The notes under the pieces were generated by a model. The model saw nothing but the letters and a program-made list of their open reading frames with translations, ran no database searches and had not been told where the DNA came from. A program made the position numbers and the translations under genes. A stretch of 63,752 nucleotides of DNA, the filler included, from Lenisia limosa (Eukaryota > Protista > Breviatea), in assembly GCA_001655205.1 (NCBI GenBank). It is 11 parts of 11 records of this genome, joined end to end, with 100 filler letters (N's around TTAATTAATTAA, not from the genome) between each part and the next. Parts side by side here need not be neighbours in the genome. Positions count along the whole stretch, not along the records: positions 22,320 to 25,071 come from LPNZ01010846.1; positions 25,172 to 52,976 come from LPNZ01009141.1; 9 more parts are not named here. One strand, written 5' to 3'. This document shows positions 22,345 through 36,519 of this stretch, one piece after another (the first letter of the stretch is position 1; every line of letters starts with the position of its first letter).

Positions 22345-25063
22345 GTGTCCCCCGAGGCCATCACTCGTCTTGTCAAGGAGTCGTACAGGTTGGCCAGATT
22401 GGGGCTGCGTCTACAATGTTAGGCATCTTTGGTTGCACAGCCTTTGGGACTTTGCTGCCAAATAGTATTCATAGACAGGGATGGAATTCGGGGTCAACAT
22501 AATGAGCTTACAAGAATACAACTCTAACTTTCTCTTCATCCTATACATTCACAGTTTCAACGTCTTATCATCATCACCCCTGCAGAGACATCAACCACCT
22601 CTACCGCACAGCCCATCTCGAGAGTCTTGCCCGCATTGTCGATGATCCTGAAGCCAGCGCTAATGACAAGTACGTTGCTCTTGACCTTCTCAAGAACGCC
22701 GTCATCGCCAGCGGCTTTGTCCTGCCTTCTTGCCAGGATACTGGTTGGTGTTATGTTGATGCCGCATCCCTTTCTCATCCGGGTGTCATCTCCTCATCCC
22801 CCCAGGTACCGCCATTGTTATGGGCACACGCGGCCAAGGCGTTCTCACTAACAGCGAGGACAAGGAAGCTATTTCTAAGGGTATGTGGGGAGGGGGGGTA
22901 TTTCCAAGATATCTGGTTCTGGAATGAGTTTTTAGGACCTGGGGCAATTAATTTTGATAATAATTTTGAAAATTGAACACCATTAAGGTCCTTTAATTGT
23001 AACAAATAACAATTCATTTCGGTTGCATGGGTGGGTCTTTAGTTTTTCCCTTTGCAAATTGTTTTATGGGTATGTCTGACTTGATTTAGGTGTTTACGAG
23101 GCTTACACCTCTCTCAACCTTCGCTACTCTCAGAACGCCCCTCTCACTATGTACAAAGAGGTGGGAAGGGGTACCATGCTAAGTCAAGGAGTTGGTTTGG
23201 TTCTTAGGCTTCTTCTTTTGCAGTTAAGGTAATGTAGTTGAACTTGATTCACATATCATCATAATATGACACAGACTGTGTGAAGCCTTGACTTAGGAAA
23301 TCGGTCAGACTTACCATGGTTTTATACACAACATGCATGCCCTACCACCCCTCACCCCAGCAGGTCAATACTAAGACCAACCTCCCCGCACAGATTGATC
23401 TTCTCGCCGGTATGCATGGGGTGTTTATATGGTCCTAAGACTCTTATTCCCTGCAATGGTTCTTCACTTGTTTTAAATAGAATGAATTCTCGATACATTC
23501 TTTTAAATAGAATTAATTCTCGATACATTCTTGATAACATGACTTTTCGAACACAAAGCAAAGTCGCAGCTTCTCTTACGGCATAGGCGAGGGTGCACAA
23601 TACGACTTCTTCTGCGTTGCCAAGGGCGGCGGATCCGCCAACAAGACCTACCTTTTCCAGGTATACTACTATGCTATCATACCCGCCCTCCTCCCCGATT
23701 TGGGTTTTTTGTTTCAGAAATTATCCATCAGAATTGACTTTGGGTTTTTATTTCATATTTACCCCCCCCCCCTCCAGGAAACCAAGGNNNNNNNNNNNNN
23801 NNNNNNNNNNNNNNNNNNNNNNNNNNNNNNNNNNNNNNNNNNNNNNNNNNNNNNNNNNNNNNNNNCGATGCCAAGGTGTGGGGCTCCCCAGGTACTATTT
23901 CATTGGGGCTTATTATTGCTGATGCTCTGGTAATTTTGTTTCTCTACCAAAAGTAGTACTTTGTCCTCGTGTGTTGTCAGCCAACAGAGTTGATGATTTT
24001 GGTTATTGTGTCTTCGTGTGTTGTCAGCCAAGAAAGTTGATGATTTGGGTTATTTTGTTTATAAATTTTCCAATCTTACCCCTAACTGGCCGCAGCTCCG
24101 TGCCATTGGTACTGCTGCATGTCCCCCCTACCATCTTGCCCTCGTCATTGGCGGCACGTCGGCTGAGACCTGCCTCAAAACGGTCAAACTCGCCAGTTGC
24201 AAGTGGGGGGTAGTTTGGGCAAGTGGGATGTGTTTTTTTGCTCAACATTTCCTTCGCTGACCTCCCCCCCTCCCCTTTCAGGGGTGTTGTCTCGNNNNNN
24301 NNNNNNNNNNNNNNNNNNNNNNNNNNNNNNNNNNNNNNNNNNNNNNNNNNNNNNNNNNNNNNNNNNNNNNNNNNNNNNNNNNNNNNNNNNNNNNNNNNNN
24401 NNNNNNNNNNNNNNNNNNNNNNNNNNNNNNNTTGTTTTATCTGGCTCTGCCCTGTTTATCTTGCCTTTATTTGCCTTTCTGGCTTTGTGTAATCTTGGAT
24501 TTTGCCTCTCTTTATCCTTGGTTTACTATATGTTTGACAGATTTTCCTGGTTTTGTATTTGCGTAATAAATAGGGGCATTCATTCCAACCCTGGCCATTT
24601 TCAAACAATGACCCCTTTAGATTCTTGAGCTTTGCTACGGCCTTGGCATTGGAGCCCAGTTTGGTGGCAAATACTTCGCCCATGACGTTCGCGTCGTCCG
24701 TCTCCCCAGGTAGTAATATCAATCCCCCTTCAACGGNNNNNNNNNNNNNNNNNNNNNNNNNNNNNNNNNNNNNNNNNNNNNNNNNNNNNNNNNNNNNNNN
24801 NNNNNNNNNNNNNNNNNNNNNNNNNNNNNNNNNNNNNNNNNNNNNNNNNNNNNNNNNNNNNNNNNNAGTGCTGATCGCCAGATCAAGGTTTGTGACAATG
24901 ATGGTCAGAGTTTTCCTTTCTTTTCTTCTTCCTTGCAATTCCCCCAGGACTTACTTGCAAAATACCCACAATTCAGGGCAAAATCACTAAGGACGGTGTG
25001 TTTGTTGAGCAGCTCGAAGAGGATCCTGCTCGCTTCGTCCCTGATGCCGCTCTCCAGGCCAAG
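22345..25063 (+). CDS. fumA: Class I (Fe-S) fumarate hydratase, partial, at least 10 exons
   Basis: [13 protein letters not shown]...LPSCQDT|[89 protein letters not shown]: FumA/FumB motifs. Confidence 0.93.
23470..23532 (+). repeat. Intronic tandem duplication (~31 bp x2)
   Basis: ttttaaatagaat(g/t)aattctcgatacattc twice. Confidence 0.85.
23962..24094 (+). repeat. Family A with internal tandem duplication, ending at a fumarase acceptor
   Basis: tcgtgtgttgtcagccaa..agttgatgattt twice, then aaattttccaatcttacccctaactggccgcag. Confidence 0.85.
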
Positions 25064-25347
25064 GTGTGGGGNNNNNNNNNNNNNNNNNNNNNNNNNNNNN
25101 NNNNNNNNNNNNNNNTTAATTAATTAANNNNNNNNNNNNNNNNNNNNNNNNNNNNNNNNNNNNNNNNNNNNGTTAGAGAGTGTGGTCTTTTCTTCCCCCA
25201 CGTAGTTTATCTCTGTCTTTCTTCTCTTCTGGGATTTCTTCTTTTCTTCCTAGACTTCTTCTACGCCCATTTTTGCGGAAATTTGTAATTCCATCACAAA
25301 CAGAAAGAGAAAACTAAAAAAACTCTTTTCAGCTGCACTATCCTAGA

Positions 25348-28258
25348 ATGCCCTTCACCAAAGCCATATTCCCTGCCCGCTATGTTCAAGGAGAGAACGC
25401 CCTTTCTGAAGCCAAGGAGGAAATTGATAGTATTGGAGTGAAACCACTCTTTATCGCTGGTAAGCTGTTGAACCTAGACTATCAGTATAAATGATCAGAA
25501 AATCTGGTAGGAAGCGTATATGTTATATGGCGTATATATTCTTACGAAGGAACCTGAGCTGGGTTTTGAGATGTATAGATTTATAGATTTTGTTTGATAA
25601 AACGGGCTATGGCGACTTGGCTTATGTTGACATATTCCGAGGTCGTCGGGTCCTCGAATGTTCTCGAAGTTGAATTCAACTCTCTTTTTTTGTTTGAAAC
25701 GTCTGTGTGTGCAACATCTTGAATCTCATGTTTCATACTGCGCTTAACTTCTTCATGTCCATGGGAAACTCGTGTTTTTTTTTACTCAGATGTCCTGATT
25801 GAAATGATCATTTTGCTGGTACCAGTTTTATTCCGAATTAGGCAAGCGTGGATGGGCTGCTTTTGGAAGTACCTACGCCCAGTTTACAAATGGCCAGTTG
25901 GAGGGGATTGGGGGTAAGGAAGTTATCACTGCACAAGATAATTATAAATATGTGGTATATCATTTCATTTTACACCTTGGATAATGTGAATCCATTTACT
26001 GGGCATCAGTTCAGAATTGAGGTTGATTGTAGTTTTGGTATCACTCTATATATGTCAAGTCCTTCTTATGAAATAGCTACGTTCAATTTGGTGGAGAATG
26101 CAGTGTAAACTCAATCAACTCTCTTGTTAAGACCGCCAATGACTTCGGTAGGATGACAAATGCCGTGTTATTTTCAGATAGCACCATGTTTTCCTGATTT
26201 CTTTCAGATTGCATTGACGTTATTGTTGGAGTTGGCGGAGGAAAGAGCTTGGATACTGCCAAGGCCGTAGCCGACGAAATGAAGGTATGGGGATTTTGTT
26301 CATTGTGGCCCCGAGTGGTTGTACACAGTACCCACGTATTTACGATTTCAGAATTTGCTGTTTTGTTTTTACTTTTAGTCATTTCTGGGGGATTTATACC
26401 TACTATATTACCAACACAATGCTAAAATCAGATGATAGTACTTTATGTACATATCCTAGCAGTATATTGTTCATAATATTATATTATATATAAGATATTT
26501 TAAGTAGTAAAAAAAAGTATAATTATACTATTAATATATGATATTTCATACTACTATGTATTGTACTATATCTTATACTAACACATATATATATACTATA
26601 TATGATATATATAATTGTATATCAGGATATATACAGACCCAACACAGATGCGACGTGCTGTATGAGACGACCATGAATGTTATACCTCAGCTCCCTGTGG
26701 TAATCATCCCCACCATTGCCTCAACAGACGCCCCTTGCTCGGCTCTTTCTGTCATCTATTCCGACGTTTGTGGGTTTTTGTTCATTTGTTCCTTTTTGAT
26801 TCACACTTTTCTTGTTATGCAATTAGGAAGGTGTCTACGAAGATGTCCGTTTCTTCAAGCGCAATCCTGACCTTGTGATCGTTGATACGACCAGTAGGTT
26901 TCTGAACTCATCTTGAAATATCATTAAACAAAGTTAAATACTTTCCCTGCCTTACCGATCTTCAGTTATCGCCAAGGCTCCTGTGAGAACTCTGGTATCC
27001 GGTATGGGTGACGCCCTTGCCACCTGGTTCGAGGCTGACTCGTGTCTGAAGAGTGGTGCTCTCAATTGTGCCGGTAAGCATTTCAGTGTATCGAATAGAT
27101 GTGAGGTCTTACTGGGTTTTTTTTATGTTACTTTAACGCAAATCCTAATTTGAATGAGCGTTATCATATTTGACAAGGCAGGTGGAACCACCTCCAGAGC
27201 CTCTCATGCTATTGCCCGTGTATGCTACCAGACGCTCCTTAAAAGTGGCCCTGAAGTATGTTAACTATTGACGAAGTGTTGCTATGGCAGTGTTACTGGA
27301 ACTCATTTCCACCAACATATGATACATCAACATTGATACTTATTTTAATAGATAAGCCAAGCTGATAGCAAACACTTCAATCACATTCTTTCAGGCACTC
27401 CTTGCAGCCCAGAAGCAGGAGTACAGTGAGGCTCTCGATGCGATTGTCGAGGCTAACACACTGTTGTCTGGTCTTGGCTTTGAGAGGTTGGTGGAGGATC
27501 CATGGATTTGGGCTTAACAAAAATGATCTTCTATCATAGTCGTTGTTTCATCAATTAATTTTTGACAGATGCCAATTGATTTGTTCAGAGCCATATTAAC
27601 CACCCTAATGTGTCTGAGATTATTACTCGTAATACTATACATAGTATATACTATATGATACATATTTTAATGTATTATCAGCGGAGGATTGGCCACTGCA
27701 CATGGACTTCACAACGCTATGACAATTGTACCTGCCACACACCAGCACCTACATGGCGAGAAGGTGGCTTTTGGTGGGTTGTGTTGGCTCGAGAGGGTCA
27801 TATCATTGTTTGTTTGCAGTCCAATTTTCCTCCCTGTTGTTTTATTAACCTAAAGCTACGTTGACTTCCGTCTTCCTGACTAAGAAGCCCGACGAAGAAA
27901 TTAAGACCGTTTTTGAGTTCTGCAAAGCTGTCGGCCTTCCCACTACTCTTCAAATGCTTCGTATGATACATGCGATCATATTTCACTTCCGTGTTCACAT
28001 TACGTCTCTCACTTTCCATGGGCACGTGACATTGTAGACATGACTACCGATGACGTGGCACCCGTGAGTGAGGAATGTGTCCTGGAAGGCAACCTTGTAC
28101 ACAATGAGCCTTTCAAGGTGAAGTGATATTTTAAAGAACAACCCTCACAAAAATACAAAATGGTCCTTCTCTTTTTAGCAATAACCCTGTAGGTGAACGC
28201 AAAAATGGTAGCAGATGCCATGTTAGCTGCGAACGCCTATGGTCTTGCTATGGAGTAG
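25348..28258 (+). CDS. gldA: Glycerol dehydrogenase (bacterial GldA type), complete, about 13 exons
   Basis: [96 protein letters not shown]. TAG at 28256-28258. Confidence 0.95.
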
Positions 28259-28423
28259 ATATTATGATAAAATATCTCTTATTTAATATAAATATCTGTT
28301 TTAAAACATTTGGAGTGCAAAGTATCAAAATATATAATTCAAAACAAATAATACTGGATAATAGAGTGAGCGGCTATTCTTAGAGAGTGAACGGCTTAAC
28401 GAATGAGGGCATTTCGAATCTCC

Positions 28424-31400
28424 CTAGGTGGTGAGATTCCAGTTTTTGCTATTGATGAAAGCACTGAACTCTTTGACCTTCAGTTGTTGCATCCCCCCCC
28501 CCCCCCCCCCNNNNNNNNNNNNNNNNNNNNNNNNNNNNNNNNNNNNNNNNNNNNNNNNNNNNNNNNNNNNNNNNNNNNNNNNNNNNNNNNNNNNNNNNNN
28601 NNNNNNNNNNNNNNNNNNNNNNNNNCGTAATCACCAGGGGCAGCAGACTTGTCAAAGGCAATCTCAATGTCACTCAGACTAAGGGGGTGAAAATATGAAA
28701 CAAACGTTGGCCCAAAGAACACTACTTTAACAAGCAAAGGGCAACTCACATAGTTTGGTCCTTCTTCGGCCGAATAGCGGCGCTTCCTACAGACTTGCGG
28801 CAATCGACCTCATTCTTCTTGAACAGACAGACCCAGTGAAACTCTGCCCAGCTTGATGGCTTAATGTCTGCAGGGTCAGCTTCGTCACTGTTTGTTGAAA
28901 TGGACCCCCAACCACTCACTACACTTGAGGGACTTTCTGTCAACAGACGTGATATCAATCTCAGTCGTGGCCTTGATAAGCGGTAACGGGGTGGAGGCGT
29001 GGCACTTACTCTCGCCACACTCCATCTCCACCTAGCTAGTCAAAACCAAACCATAAAAAAATCTTTATTATCAGAACCCCACTTACAATGAAGCCTTTGA
29101 CAATTGAATGGTCAAAATCGACTTCAGCATAAACGGATGATTTCAAGTACTTGTTGTCTTTGGAGTAGTCCTTCAACAGGAAGTGTGGTGTCTTCTCCTA
29201 CACTATCAGCCTGTTCTAAACAGTATAGTAGTATACTACACATATTATATCATAGTATATATACCATGTACATATAGCCACATATACAGTATATTATAGA
29301 TCAGATAGTATATTATACATAGCTATATTATGATCTGTTTAAACAGTAGTAATTATTGTGGAGCAGAGTAGATATATTCCACAGTTGTACTTTCTTGTAG
29401 TTTATATTGTTGAAACAGAACCATACACTTACCTTTTTTGCATCCTCACAGATTGCCTTCAGTGTAGATCCCGTGATATTATAGGACTAAAAGGTGAACA
29501 ACGAGGGGGGAGCAAATCAGTTAGAAAACAATAATTAAAACAGTAGACAAATCTGTCATCTTTGTTCATGAAGGAACGATTGTTGAGACAAACAAGAAAC
29601 CCACTGTGCTTCCGTCGTATCTTGTGACAAGAATAATTTTGTTTGAAGCAGGAGCAATCTTCAATAGGTAAGATGATGAACATGAAATCATTTCCACGTT
29701 AAAGAATGAAGCAAGAAAAGGATGGAAACTACTATATCCAAACCCACGGCAACAGAGTATCTCTCAATGTCAACAAGGTCATCAACCGAGGCGAAGAGAG
29801 CGAACTTCTCTCCCACGTTCTTCTAAATAAGGTAAAATCACAGTTTACTGGGGCCAAATAAGAAGACTAGAGTGGAATGTTTGAAAAAATGTGGTGTTCC
29901 ACTGATCGTAAATAAAAAAACTGGTTCTTGTGGAAACTGAGGAAATAAATATTGTAATTTGGATCTGCTTCAAAAGTCAAACCTGAGCATTTTCTTGGGT
30001 TGTAATGTGGGCTTGAGGGTTCACAAAGTCAATGTCCATTGGAAGATGCTATAATGTCAAAGGGCCAATAAGGGTGAATTAAAGTGGCCAACAAAAGGTT
30101 GGTGAAAGAAAGAAGGGACAATAATTGGATTTGTAGATGGTTATCAGATGATTAATTATTTTTTGTCCTCATACAGTTGGCTGAGTGTCGCCTTCGACAA
30201 CAGTGAAGGTGAGTCTACAAACCACTTCCTNNNNNNNNNNNNNNNNNNNNNNNNNNNNNNNNNNNNNNNNNNNNNNNNNNNNNNNNNNNNNNNNNNNNNN
30301 NNNNNNNNNNNNNNNNNNATTAATATACAACAATTAGATTAAAATTGTTGGATATTGTTATTACTCTTAATAATTGCTAACAGTAAGTCCAAGTACACTG
30401 GAGTGAAAGTGAATATGCATAATATATATATATAATATAATATACTATACCATAAAAGTAGTCAACAATATCTCTGTGTGGCAACTGTTATTGCCTAGGA
30501 ATACCTGTTTCGGGCATTGTAGTTGGATCCTGGCCTGTCAGTAGTCTAAGGGTTAGAATGGCTATGAGAAGAATATCCTATGGCTACCACAGACCACACC
30601 CAACACATACCCATATCAGTATGCTATTGATTGAAACGAACTGGATCAATTTATGCTTTCTACATACCTTCATCATCCAGACAGTAACAAAACTGGTAAT
30701 TTCGCCTTCCTTGATCGCAATTTGAGTGTCCCTATTTATCAGATGAATATGTGTAAATAGGGCTACATTCAACACAGAGTAAATGCACCAGTGAAATTTG
30801 AAGTAATATATAAAAGCGTATCTGCCACTCACATTGGGTCTTGATCCCAGTATCCTCTACACATGCTTCGGTCTGAGGGGGTGAGAAAGATGAAGCAAAG
30901 GTGTACATCCGAATGACCCCCACCCCCCGGAAACCGAGTATTGCCTTGTCTGCCTTCACCCAGCCGTTAGGGGTTTCCATTTCAACGCCAACCTAAAAAC
31001 ATAACCAGCGCTATAATATTTGTGAAAGATGGCTGGAGATATACCTTATTGTAGTCAAAAATATCATTTCATATGCAATGTATACGATAGGATATCAAAT
31101 CACATAATGTTTGCTTAGGTGTGAAAAAAAAAGAAATGAAGTGATGAGTAGTACAAACAGGATTGTCAAAAAAATATGATTTGGACCAACATCGGTGATG
31201 AAAACATTGGGGTCTGAGGCACGGCCCTAAGTATGGTGAGTTTCCAAAAAGGCAATTTTCCTAAAATGGAAACAGTAACTTCACCATTTCAAAATTACCT
31301 GGAGATGAACAGAGAAAGTTGAGAGGCAGCCTTCATCCAAGCGAGACTGCACACAGACAGGGGCGGAAACAGTTTTAATGGTGGCACTGGAGGAGTTAAC

Positions 31401-34400
31401 AATGATTCGGTTGAGAGTTCATTTCAGTTAAGTTCATTTAATCCACTCACGCAGTGCTGTTGGTTTTGGGCTCGATCGATTCGGGAATCTTAGGTGGTTC
31501 TGTACTATAGTTACTATAGGAGAGAGAGCAATTTAGTAAATCAGTTAAACAAACTAACACAGAAAAACGGTTTCAAAAGATCAGATGAAGAAAGTGATAT
31601 CGTACCAGAGTTGTCGATAAAAGGCCCGGAAGAAGTGTGTGACAGCTCCACCATGGGGGTGACTGGGAAAAGCTACAGTGTGGGGGGAGGGGGGATCACT
31701 CTTCACTCAAAGAAAGAATGCAGTTCATGAACAAAGTAAGTTGATGACACTCTTCATAATGCCATCCCTCCAAACCTCCTCCTTAGTCGGCAGGCTGGCC
31801 TCATCGTTGACGTTGGCGCCTGAGCGACCTAAACACTCCAAAGTGTGGCGGNNNNNNNNNNNNNNNNNNNNNNNNNNNNNNNNNNNNNNNNNNNNNNNNN
31901 NNNNNNNNNNNNNNNNNNNNNNNNNNNNNNNNNNNNNNNNNNNNNNNNNNNNNNNNNNNNNNNNNNNNNNNGCGGGTGTATGTGTTGGTTTTTGTTTTCC
32001 TCCTCTTTATGCCCTCACCCCTCATTTATCCTGCTTACTTGAACAGATGTTTCATCTTCTACTTTAATGGAAAGTTCAAATCCTAGGGGGTCAAATCGAT
32101 TTATTGACAGCAAAAACAATTGAAGCAATATGTCTAAAAATAAGCCGCTAGGGTTCTAAACACAAAGGAGCAACCATAAGTGTAGACAATCACCACACTT
32201 GTTCACTCTCTCTGAATGAGGCACAACCCCTCATCGGACTCCCCTTTCATTACCCCCTCCTACCAGAGTGGGTGGGAGTAACGGAGGAAACAATGTCATT
32301 CTTCTCAAATTTCAACGCTTTGCCTTCTGGAATAGTTAAAAACCAGAAAACAGTATAACGGCAACTATTATTTTGTGCTGATTTTTTCAAACGCCTATAA
32401 CATAAAAAAATACACTAGTTTTCGATAATTACCCCATTTCCAAGGACAACCAGCGCATACCTCCACCTTTATGGAACTCCTTCTGTGAAATGACGTTGAA
32501 ACATTCAGGGCCCCCACGGGGAGTGCCAGCCATGGAGTACAGGTTGCCTGTTTTGTCAACTGAGTATTTTGGTAGTAACTAATTAACTATCCAGAATTAT
32601 GAAACCAACAAACATGTAAGGATAGAGGGAAATGATGTCACATTTTTTTAAAAGTTGAGTTGTTTACCATCTTTCATTTTACCGCATTCCAAGTAGACAC
32701 TCCTTCTGAAAAGAAGACCCCAAGTCTCATCAATGTCACTGCGAAATCAGCATTTGGAAATATCCTTTAAACAACATTGATAGAATATAACAATGCAGCT
32801 TGTGAATGATGGAGTCATTTCATCCCCAACACACTCCTTAATACTTCTGAGATAGGCAGTGTAGGCAGCGTAAGTGTACTCAGTGTGGTGAGCGGCCCTA
32901 TGTTTGCCCTGATGGTTATCAGTGTTGCATTTATTTGGCGTTTCCTCCGTATTTGAATGTAGAAATCCATGTGAAACACTCAACAGTTATGAATTATCAA
33001 ATAATACTTGCAATCCAAAAATATCCTAATATCAAATCATCTTGAAAAAACTAAGGAGATAAATTACTAAACCTCTTTAAAAACAACCCACCTTGGTACA
33101 GGGTGTGCCGGGGTCATCAAACTTGCCGACTTTCTGCTGGCAGCAGGGGTAGACGTGGTTCCCTATATAGTTATCAAATCCTCTCTCTACCCTATTTACA
33201 TCTGAAGCAAGATCTCAAATCCAAAAAAAAACTTGAATTTAATATAGCGAAAAGGATAAAGAGCTTCCAATGTAGCTTACATCCTTGAGATACAGTAGAC
33301 TTCTTATGGTAATGACATGACCCTTCTGCATTCTCCGAGTTCTGAAATCGTTAACTCTTAAACTAGAGTTGAAACAGTATATGATATTACTAGTACAATA
33401 TTTGATATATCGACATACATATTTTTTTGATGCATAAAATAGTTCATTATATCATACATATATCCATGTACATACATATATATTATACCCTATCATCTTC
33501 ACTGTATGGATCTTGAAAGATCCACGCCATACCTTGAACTCAGCAGTGCATTGGACACATGTTAAGATTGCCTAAGTGTGTTACATTTGAAATCAAAAAA
33601 GTAAGATTCAATACACCACTCACTCCTACGCATTAAAACGACACATATAATTCCTCCAACCTCAGGCTCAGCGAGGGCACCTCCTTTCTTCTGCAATTCA
33701 AAGAGCTCATCAACACGGTCGGACAGTCTGTCAACTACAGAGTTGAGCTGAAAAAAATCGCAAGATTAAATAAATGCACCAGTGGTATTAAACGGATTGC
33801 TAAAGGATAAATCCAACTGAAATCAGGCTAAAAACCCCCAACCGCTTGTTACTGGCGGCATATTATATTGCTAGGAGTACCCCTGAATTGGTTTACCGAT
33901 TCTGGTATAGTACTGCTACCCTTTTTCTCTCTAATTTCTCCATTTTATCAATGTTTTTCTGATTGATGATGACCTGTCCCCGTTAAAGCGAAAAAATGTC
34001 ATAATAATGATTGGATTTGCTGTTATTGCTTGTGGTGATTTGTTTGGGACCATTGCGGTGGATTGAATTCAATTCAATCAGATNNNNNNNNNNNNNNNNN
34101 NNNNNNNNNNNNNNNNNNNNNNNNNNNNNNNNNNNNNNNNNNNNNNNNNNNNNNNATATCTTCTATTTCAGCTGGGACCGTGAAATCTCCACCGGCGATA
34201 TCCTTAACGGTCCTTTCGATCCGCTTGGCTGGAGAGGTAAAATGGTTTCGAATATGATGATATATTTGCTCCGTATAGGGAAACAGTAAAATACAAATAC
34301 TAACTTTCAAGATTGATATCATTGCTTCATAGTGTGAACAAGGATTAGAAGGAAAGGCTTTCAGAGATAGAAGTAGATATGGAAGTGAAAACGTCACAAA

Positions 34401-34480
34401 AGCACCAAAATGTCTTCATATCCCGGCTCCCCACCTGAACCGTAGATCTTCTCAATGTTTTCCTCGTTCGAATCGCTCAT
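28424..34480 (-). CDS. Hypothetical protein, about 20 small exons, no family recognised
   Basis: ATG at 34480 (MSDSNEENIEKIYGS). Consistent minus-strand GT-AG exon chain to a last exon LKVKEFSAFINSKNWNLTT* ending at 28424. Confidence 0.55.
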
Positions 34481-34654
34481 AGTGAAGAAAGAACGAACGA
34501 GTGGCAGGGTTTAAAAAGCGTGGATGGATATATTGACAATTATAAATCGCGAAACGCGCTTTGTCGTTTTTTTTCCGTTTTTTGTCGCTTCTTTCACATG
34601 AAAAGGCGATAACGTAATTTATAATCATTAAATTGCCCAGAAATTGCAATAAAA

Positions 34655-36519
34655 ATGTCTTCTAAAACCGCTCTTATTGTCCATTGGCATCCTTCTACCC
34701 TCTCATTCAACCATGCATGTTATAAAAAAGCTATTGATGGACTCAAAGAAGCTGGGTGAGTCTTGTTGGATTATTTCCATCACTTTTTCTTATTTCAAAC
34801 AGATATGATGTAATTACTTCTGATCTTCGTGAGATGAACTTTAACCCTATCTCCAATGAAGCCAACTTCAAGGAACTTACTGAGCTGTTAGGGGGGGGGG
34901 GGGAAGTTACANNNNNNNNNNNNNNNNNNNNNNNNNNNNNNNNNNNNNNNNNNNNNNNNNNNNNNNNNNNNNNNNNNNNNNNNNNNNNNNNNNNGAGAGG
35001 AGAGTTTCCTTGGAAGGCTTATGTTCTGTAGCACCCCCGAGGGTGGCTTCAAGCAACAAATGGAAGAAATTGCCATCTATAAGAGTGGCTCTCGTGACAG
35101 ATATGCTGATGATGTATGATGAGGATTACAACCTTCAAGGATGGTCTTTTGGGTATACCATAATTGAATTGAAATCACCACTCAGGTCCGAGGCGAAATT
35201 GAGAAGCTTCTCAAGGCCGACTTGGTTGTCTTTGTCCAACCATTGTGGTGGTTCAGGTTTGTTGATGACATATTAAATACTGACTTTCAGTGTGCCTGCA
35301 ATGATCAAGGGATGGATGGACCGTGTTTTGACCATGGGCAACTCTTATGGAATGGGCAAACTGTAAGCTTGAGAATATAATGATATATTTAACAACACAG
35401 AGGTAATTAATTTCCCATCTTTTTTATCAATATCTAACTTTTGAAGGTACGATCAGGGAGGAAACAAGGGCAAGCGAGGAATGTTCTTCTTCACTGCGGG
35501 TTCACTGGAACCATGGTACTCTGTANNNNNNNNNNNNNNNNNNNNNNNNNNNNNNNNNNNNNNNNNNNNNNNNNNNNNNNNNNNNNNNNNNNNNNNNNNN
35601 NNNNNNNNNNNNNNNNNNNNNNNNNNNTTTCACTATGATTCTTGTAAAACTTTTCTTGTTCAACCATTGGAAAGGATATTTCCGGATCCGAAGAGAATCT
35701 TTGTAATAATATGACGATTTAGGAGAGCGGACTTCATGGGCCCATCGATAAGGTGCTGTGGCATCTCCACCTTGGCTCTATGTGGTTTACTGGTAAGATC
35801 GGCACTGGTTATCAATTGAGCTTTGTGACAGTTTTCTAATTTTGAACGTTAATTAAATGATTTTCATGATTGCTCTTTGAGTGCGACATCATTGAGTTCT
35901 GTTTCAACCCTCGTGTGTTTTTTTGGGCCCTCTGAGTTGATTTTCTGAGATTTTCCATTTTACCAGCCAACAAAGTTGATTTGGTTTCATAAATCCCCCC
36001 CNNNNNNNNNNNNNNNNNNNNNNNNNNNNNNNNNNNNNNNNNNNNNNNNNNNNNNNNNNNNNNNNNNNNNNNNNNNNNNNNNNNNNNNNNNNNNNNNCCC
36101 GTATGTCCGAAGATGATCGTTCCAAGGCTCTCGAGGAATGGGGCGCTTACTGTAAGGTATGCATGCTTTGTCCAAGGCTACCAACCACCTCTCTGGAGCA
36201 ATTTCTACAATCTCAAGCCTGGATGCATATCTCTCTACTAAAAATCAATTCTAAAACAACATTGACGATGACCACATCCTTATCCTGAATACCATAACCT
36301 CTCAGAACATTGACAACGTCAAACCGCTTGACCGCGAGGCCCATGGAATCGTCAATATGGCTGATGTCAAGGTGGGCGGATTGGATGGATACTCCATTGG
36401 GGCATTGATGGGGAGGTTCGTGACGCACTTACAATATAATAGCTATCTAAATATGTATTTTACTATTCAAACCTTCCTTTACCACATTTTAGGATGGAAT
36501 GCGCACAAAGTCGGTGTAA
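34655..36519 (+). CDS. NAD(P)H:quinone oxidoreductase (flavodoxin-2 fold, NQO/KefF-like)
   Basis: [72 protein letters not shown]. Confidence 0.9.

Noticed and set aside
26460-26640. TA/TAG/TAC-rich intronic tracts (also ~27640, 29222, 47100, 57180)
   Set aside because: Low-complexity, slippage-type sequence with no defined ends or conserved unit.
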